Of a DNA stretch of 31,566 bases, positions 27,607 through 31,566 are shown in pieces. This DNA is from a bacterium (GTDB taxonomy: Bacteria > SZUA-182 > DTGQ01 > JAFGSM01), in assembly GCA_049472415.1 (NCBI GenBank), contig JBLIRS010000001.1:1-31566 (forward strand). Direction: 5' to 3'. The notes beneath the pieces are model-generated. The model ran no database searches, was not told where the DNA came from, and was given only the letters and a program-made list of their open reading frames with translations. Each line of letters begins with the position of its first letter. The first letter of the stretch is position 1. The position numbers and the translations under genes are program-made.

Positions 27607-27999
27607 ATGGATATTTCTAGACTTCTAAAGGTGGGGATTATCGCTGCTGTCCTGGCAATCGGTGTTGTATTAATATTCGGACCGATGGCTCAGGCTCAGA
27701 TCTTTCCCACATCATATTATTATACAAATCCGTTGTATTATTCCGGATATGGTTATTTTAATTCGATCAATGGGTACCTGCTCGGTTATGCCCCCTTTAC
27801 GCCGTTTTTAACCCCCAGTGCGGCTACAGCATACAATACCCTGGGTATTCCTACGTGGCCGTATTTCGGGTCTCCGTATCAGACTACGTTTCCTTATACC
27901 ACCTTGCCGGGCACTCCGATTCCTTATGCAAGGTTTGATTATCCGACCTACTCATACGGTTCACCTGATTTCTATTTGAGCTGGGTACTTTTACAATAA
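27607..27999 (+). CDS. Small secreted Tyr/Pro/Thr-rich protein, copy 1
   Basis: 130 aa; SD GAAGGAG; signal peptide ending MAQA|Q; near-identical paralog at 30928 with mostly synonymous differences, which supports real coding. Confidence 0.9.
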   Translation: MDISRLLKVGIIAAVLAIGVVLIFGPMAQAQIFPTSYYYTNPLYYSGYGYFNSINGYLLGYAPFTPFLTPSAATAYNTLGIPTWPYFGSPYQTTFPYTTLPGTPIPYARFDYPTYSYGSPDFYLSWVLLQ

Positions 28000-28035
28000 A
28001 GATTTTAAATAATTTTAAAAGCGAGGTGTTTAGAT

Positions 28036-30357
28036 ATGAAAAATACAATTAAAACCTTAATGGTTTGTTTGACTGTGACCTTGGCCTTTGTGATGGTCAG
28101 TTCATTGGCCATGGCACAGGTGGGTTATGGTTTCACACCACTTTGGCAGTTGCCATCCTTTCAGAGTCAACCGCTTTCGGTTCCGACCTGGCAGGACCCC
28201 TATAATGGTGAAGGGGATCTCCTTGTCGACAACTTTGAGTATTGGGACAGCCCATACAATCATGGGTGGATGCAGCAAGAGCCTTCCTATCCGGTTTATG
28301 GATATGGAATAGGCTATGCCACAATATTCAATACGGTCCTGGATCTTCAGGAAGGAAGCAGGGTGCTTGATGTGTATCGTCCGCCATCTGTATTCTTGCT
28401 CAGCACACCCTATGAGAGGCATCAAGTGTTCCACAGCCTTTATAGCCCTGCAAGCGCTGCTAATCCGGATGCTGAGGCATGTATAAGCATGGAGACAAAC
28501 CCGACAATCAGTTTTGATTTCAGGGCGCCTCTCGGCATCGAGTCCTGGGACATATTTAATCTGTCTGTCATCGGAGAAGATGAGAGTGGCGACAAGTCCA
28601 TTACCGTCAGTATCGTTCCTGTTCAGCCTAATGCCGGTACATACCTTGGAGCCGTTAACAGTACCAGTGGTATGTATGGTTTAGCCGCTGGCGTTACAGG
28701 TTACAATTCAGCCGGACAATTACAGGTCACAATAGCCATTGGCCGCGGAATGCTCGATGGTTCATGGCATGCTGTGTACGTTAATGTTGATGAAGCTGTA
28801 AAGGCCGCTCTGGATGGTTTTGACACCATCGATGATGCTGACAAACCGGACTGGTATATGGCCAAGGCCTGCGCTGTGGCAGTCAGCGGTCAGATGTTCC
28901 GTCTGGACAACCTTATGTTCAGGGCAACCCCACACGATTATCTTGGCGTTCCGAATCTTTTTGAAATGGGTCCGCTGTACGCTCAGATATTCGAACCATA
29001 CAGGTATCTTTTTGTTGCCGATTACTCAGGCGTTGATATGACAATCGTTGTTGACGAAAACGAGCAGGACATTACACGAATTAGCGATTTAATGCTCAAT
29101 CCTGCCAACTTCCTGCTTGTTCAGGACCCGAATGATCCTAATGATCCGGTAGTGAAATACTGGACAGATTTAGGGGCAGATCCCAACAAATTCGGTGAAG
29201 AGGCGGATCCTAACCTTGAAGACCTGTTTGGCAGGGATTTCGTTGTTGATCTCAGCCTGCCCATCTTCGCAGATCCGAATTTGAGGGTAGGTGGTTCCTT
29301 GGCGGAAACGATAATCAATTCCGGTACATTGGGCTGGAATTCCACGATAGGTGGATACGGCGCCAACGGGGTACAGGCCTTCCTGCTTCAACCCCTTCCG
29401 GTTTATCCTTATGATGGTATGCCGACTTATTTACCTGCATACTATAATGCTGTAAACGCTGTTGTAGCACTTGGCAAACCGTATTTTCAGCCGGGACTTG
29501 TTTACCTGCTCGAAGGTGCCCTGTGGAATGCAGGTCTAACCGTTTGGCCGAATATAGCTACATTTGATTATACACCACAGGTTTTTGAAGACCTTATCGT
29601 TACAATCGAGGTAACCAACGGAGCACATTCCGATGTAAGAACATTCCCAATCAGCGTGGTTAACTACCCGATGGAAAACTATCCGCCAGTACTGCAGTTG
29701 AATATAGAAGATCAGATCTTCTATACGGGACAGACGAACGCATATCTCGTCAACTTTATCGATCCTGACTGCTTCATCTTCTCGATGTCATCTGCTCCCG
29801 CGACCACACATGTGCCGGGATACCCGCTTTCTGCGAGCTTCAGGACCGATATGGACGACCTTACCTGGAAAATGACGATCAACGGCATGACTGCATATCA
29901 GTACGGTCCGTGGATCGAGACGATTATCGATCCTTGCACAGGCTTGATCAGTTGGGTGCCGAAGTTCGAAGGTGCCTATGACGCTGTTATTACCGGTAGC
30001 GATGCCCGCGGCGGCACTGCATTTGGTGAAATCACCATCTTTGCCGTAACCCAGGGCACATGGTTGAATCATCCTCCGATCATCTTGAGCAGGCCGACTC
30101 AACCGGTAGTTATAAAGGCCGGAGAAGAGTACGTACTTCAGCATCCGGATCTGGCAGTAGAAGATCCTGACGGTGATCAGATATATGCATCATGTAACAT
30201 AGGCTCCTGTGGACGTTCAGCGGATGGTGCTTTCATTTGGAGATTCCAGAGCAACTTCCCAGGCTCCTACATGGTGGAAATCGTATTTTATGATATCAGA
30301 GGCGGATATTCGATCATGGAATTCTTCCTCGACGTGAAACCGTGGTGGAGTTATTAA
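28036..30357 (+). CDS. Large secreted acidic protein with DPN repeats and C-terminal cadherin/Ig-like domains, copy 1
   Basis: 773 aa; SD GCGAGGTG; signal peptide ending LAMA|Q; DPNDPNDP...ADPN...ADPN...ADPN; NYPPVL...DPD, GLISWVP...SDARGG, NHPPII...EDPDGD are cadherin-like/putative-Ig linker and Ca-binding patterns. Confidence 0.85.
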   Translation: MKNTIKTLMVCLTVTLAFVMVSSLAMAQVGYGFTPLWQLPSFQSQPLSVPTWQDPYNGEGDLLVDNFEYWDSPYNHGWMQQEPSYPVYGYGIGYATIFNTVLDLQEGSRVLDVYRPPSVFLLSTPYERHQVFHSLYSPASAANPDAEACISMETNPTISFDFRAPLGIESWDIFNLSVIGEDESGDKSITVSIVPVQPNAGTYLGAVNSTSGMYGLAAGVTGYNSAGQLQVTIAIGRGMLDGSWHAVYVNVDEAVKAALDGFDTIDDADKPDWYMAKACAVAVSGQMFRLDNLMFRATPHDYLGVPNLFEMGPLYAQIFEPYRYLFVADYSGVDMTIVVDENEQDITRISDLMLNPANFLLVQDPNDPNDPVVKYWTDLGADPNKFGEEADPNLEDLFGRDFVVDLSLPIFADPNLRVGGSLAETIINSGTLGWNSTIGGYGANGVQAFLLQPLPVYPYDGMPTYLPAYYNAVNAVVALGKPYFQPGLVYLLEGALWNAGLTVWPNIATFDYTPQVFEDLIVTIEVTNGAHSDVRTFPISVVNYPMENYPPVLQLNIEDQIFYTGQTNAYLVNFIDPDCFIFSMSSAPATTHVPGYPLSASFRTDMDDLTWKMTINGMTAYQYGPWIETIIDPCTGLISWVPKFEGAYDAVITGSDARGGTAFGEITIFAVTQGTWLNHPPIILSRPTQPVVIKAGEEYVLQHPDLAVEDPDGDQIYASCNIGSCGRSADGAFIWRFQSNFPGSYMVEIVFYDIRGGYSIMEFFLDVKPWWSY

Positions 30358-30380
30358 TTATTATTCACCATTGATAACCC

Positions 30381-30418
30381 AAAAAAGGGCAGCGGTAAAT
30401 CCGCTGCCCTTTTTTTTT
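30381..30418 (+). terminator. Intrinsic (probably bidirectional) terminator after cassette copy 1
   Basis: AAAAAAGGGCAGCGG-TAAAT-CCGCTGCCCTTTTTTTTT. Confidence 0.92.
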
Positions 30419-30543
30419 ACAAAGTTTCCTAACAAATGCCAATGACTTCTCAAATGATTTTTTTTACGATCTTATAAATATTGGCACCTGGCAGTAATTT
30501 CGAAAAACATAAGATTATAAAAAATGATTTTTAATTTTTATGC

Positions 30544-30572
30544 TTGACAATATACAATATTTTGTTTAAAAT
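30544..30572 (+). promoter_or_regulatory. Putative sigma70 promoter for cassette copy 2
   Basis: TTGACA (30544-30549), N17, TAAAAT (30567-30572), downstream of the terminator. Confidence 0.55.
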
Positions 30573-30927
30573 ATTTAATTGTAAAGCATTAATTATATTT
30601 TCTAGTTTTTTTATTCTAAAATATCGTCAAAAAAAAGATAGAATCATTAAATATATAATTGTTATATTATAAATATCTAAGATTTTTTCTACATCAAAAA
30701 AAATAAAATTTAAATTTTACTTAAGCTTCAAGCAAGTTGGTATATATAAATATACAATATCTTTCAATTTCAGGAGGTGATAAATCACAAATAAGATATA
30801 AAAAACAATTTGTTGGTTCATAGGATACATAAGTATCTAAAAATCTAAAGTTTGGAGGTGATCTTTTAGAAATTAAAGAATCAAATGGTAAATCTTATTG
30901 GTAATCTATGAGATATGGAGAAAAATT

Positions 30928-31320
30928 ATGGGAAATTTAAGGTTTTTGAAAGTGTGGGTGATCGCTTGTGTTTTTGCAATCGGTCTTGTTTTAGTATTCG
31001 GACCGATGGCACAGGCCCAGATTTTCCCCACATCATATTATTATACGAATCCGCTGTACTATTCCGGATATGGTTATTTTAACTCGATCAATGGGTACCT
31101 GCTCGGTTATGCGCCTTTTACCCCGTTCCTGACCCCCAGTGTTGCAGCAACATACAATACCCTGGGTATTCCCACATGGCCGTATTTCGGGTCCCCATAT
31201 CAGACTACATTCCCCTATACGACCTTGCCGGGCACTCCGATTCCATATGCACGGTTTGACTATCCTACCTACGCATATGGTTCACCTGATTTCTATCTGA
31301 GCTGGGTACTTTTACAATAA
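30928..31320 (+). CDS. Small secreted Tyr/Pro/Thr-rich protein, copy 2
   Basis: ATG 30928 with GGAG SD gives 130 aa, the same length as copy 1 (track start 30898 is likely too long). Mature part differs from copy 1 at 4 of 100 aa. Confidence 0.9.
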   Translation: MGNLRFLKVWVIACVFAIGLVLVFGPMAQAQIFPTSYYYTNPLYYSGYGYFNSINGYLLGYAPFTPFLTPSVAATYNTLGIPTWPYFGSPYQTTFPYTTLPGTPIPYARFDYPTYAYGSPDFYLSWVLLQ

Positions 31321-31358
31321 CGATTAATGAATATTTTAAAAAAGCGAGGTGTATAGAT

Positions 31359-31566
31359 ATGAATAATACAATGAAAACCTTGATGGTTTGTTTGATTGTG
31401 ACCCTGACATTTGTGATGGTCAGATCAGCGGCCATTGCACAGGTGGGTTACGGTTTCCCACCGCTTTGGGATTTACCTTCCTTTCAAAGTCAACCGCTTC
31501 AGGTGCCGACATGGGAAGACCCCTATAACGGAGAAGGGGACCTTCTTATCGACAACTTTGAGTATT
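31359..31566 (+). CDS. Large secreted protein, copy 2 (paralog of 28036; truncated by window edge)
   Basis: Hand translation MNNTMKTLMVCLIVTLTFVMVRSAAIAQVGYGFPPLWDLPSFQSQPLQVPTWEDPYNGEGDLLIDNFEY; same GCGAGGTG SD as copy 1; absent from the ORF track. Confidence 0.9.
   Translation, partial: MNNTMKTLMVCLIVTLTFVMVRSAAIAQVGYGFPPLWDLPSFQSQPLQVPTWEDPYNGEGDLLIDNFEY

Larger units (their letters stand above)
27607..31566 (+). repeat. Tandem duplication of a two-gene cassette (27607-30357; 30928 to beyond 31566)
   Basis: Same gene order, same small-gene length, conserved short intergenic spacer and RBS (aaagcgaggtgt.tagatATG). Confidence 0.92.

Noticed and set aside
2907-30144. Numerous 60-195 aa ORFs in the track that are antisense or out of frame within long genes (e.g. 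2907-3314, 3673-4260, 10759-11217, 11898-12245, 16546-17127, 28102-28434, 29788-30144)
   Set aside because: Fully overlapped by genes with clear family motifs, and they lack recognisable motifs of their own; treated as shadow ORFs.
27607-31566. Duplicated cassette as an assembly artefact or very recent duplication
   Set aside because: The copies differ at about 26 synonymous codons in 100 and have divergent signal peptides and promoter regions, which indicates an old, selected duplication.

Overview
A 31.6 kb bacterial chromosomal window with compact genes separated by long, very AT-rich intergenic regions. I found no rRNA, tRNA, CRISPR array, integrase or transposase. Left to right: a truncated secreted di-heme MauG/peroxidase-family protein (missed by the ORF track); a cupin; a tight four-gene operon (coiled-coil hypothetical, two tandem BrxD/DUF2791-like P-loop ATPases, short Lhr-like helicase) that looks like a stand-alone defence-type module without BREX methylase or PglZ; a secreted Tyr-rich/Met-heptad protein; a Nudix hydrolase; a stand-alone Ni-CO dehydrogenase (cooS); an NDP-sugar nucleotidyltransferase; a GNAT; a TRAP transporter (dctPQM); a rhomboid-TPR protease; prmA; a PilZ protein; a MoxR-type AAA+ ATPase with a 608-aa partner; and a UvrD/PcrA helicase. 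The right end holds a cluster of secreted proteins, including a tandemly duplicated two-gene cassette (130-aa Tyr/Pro/Thr-rich protein plus 773-aa DPN-repeat/cadherin-like protein) whose small gene is under strong purifying selection. The best candidates for undescribed biology are the twin-ATPase/Lhr operon and the duplicated Tyr-rich/cadherin-like envelope cassette. All assignments come from motif reading; no database searches were run.
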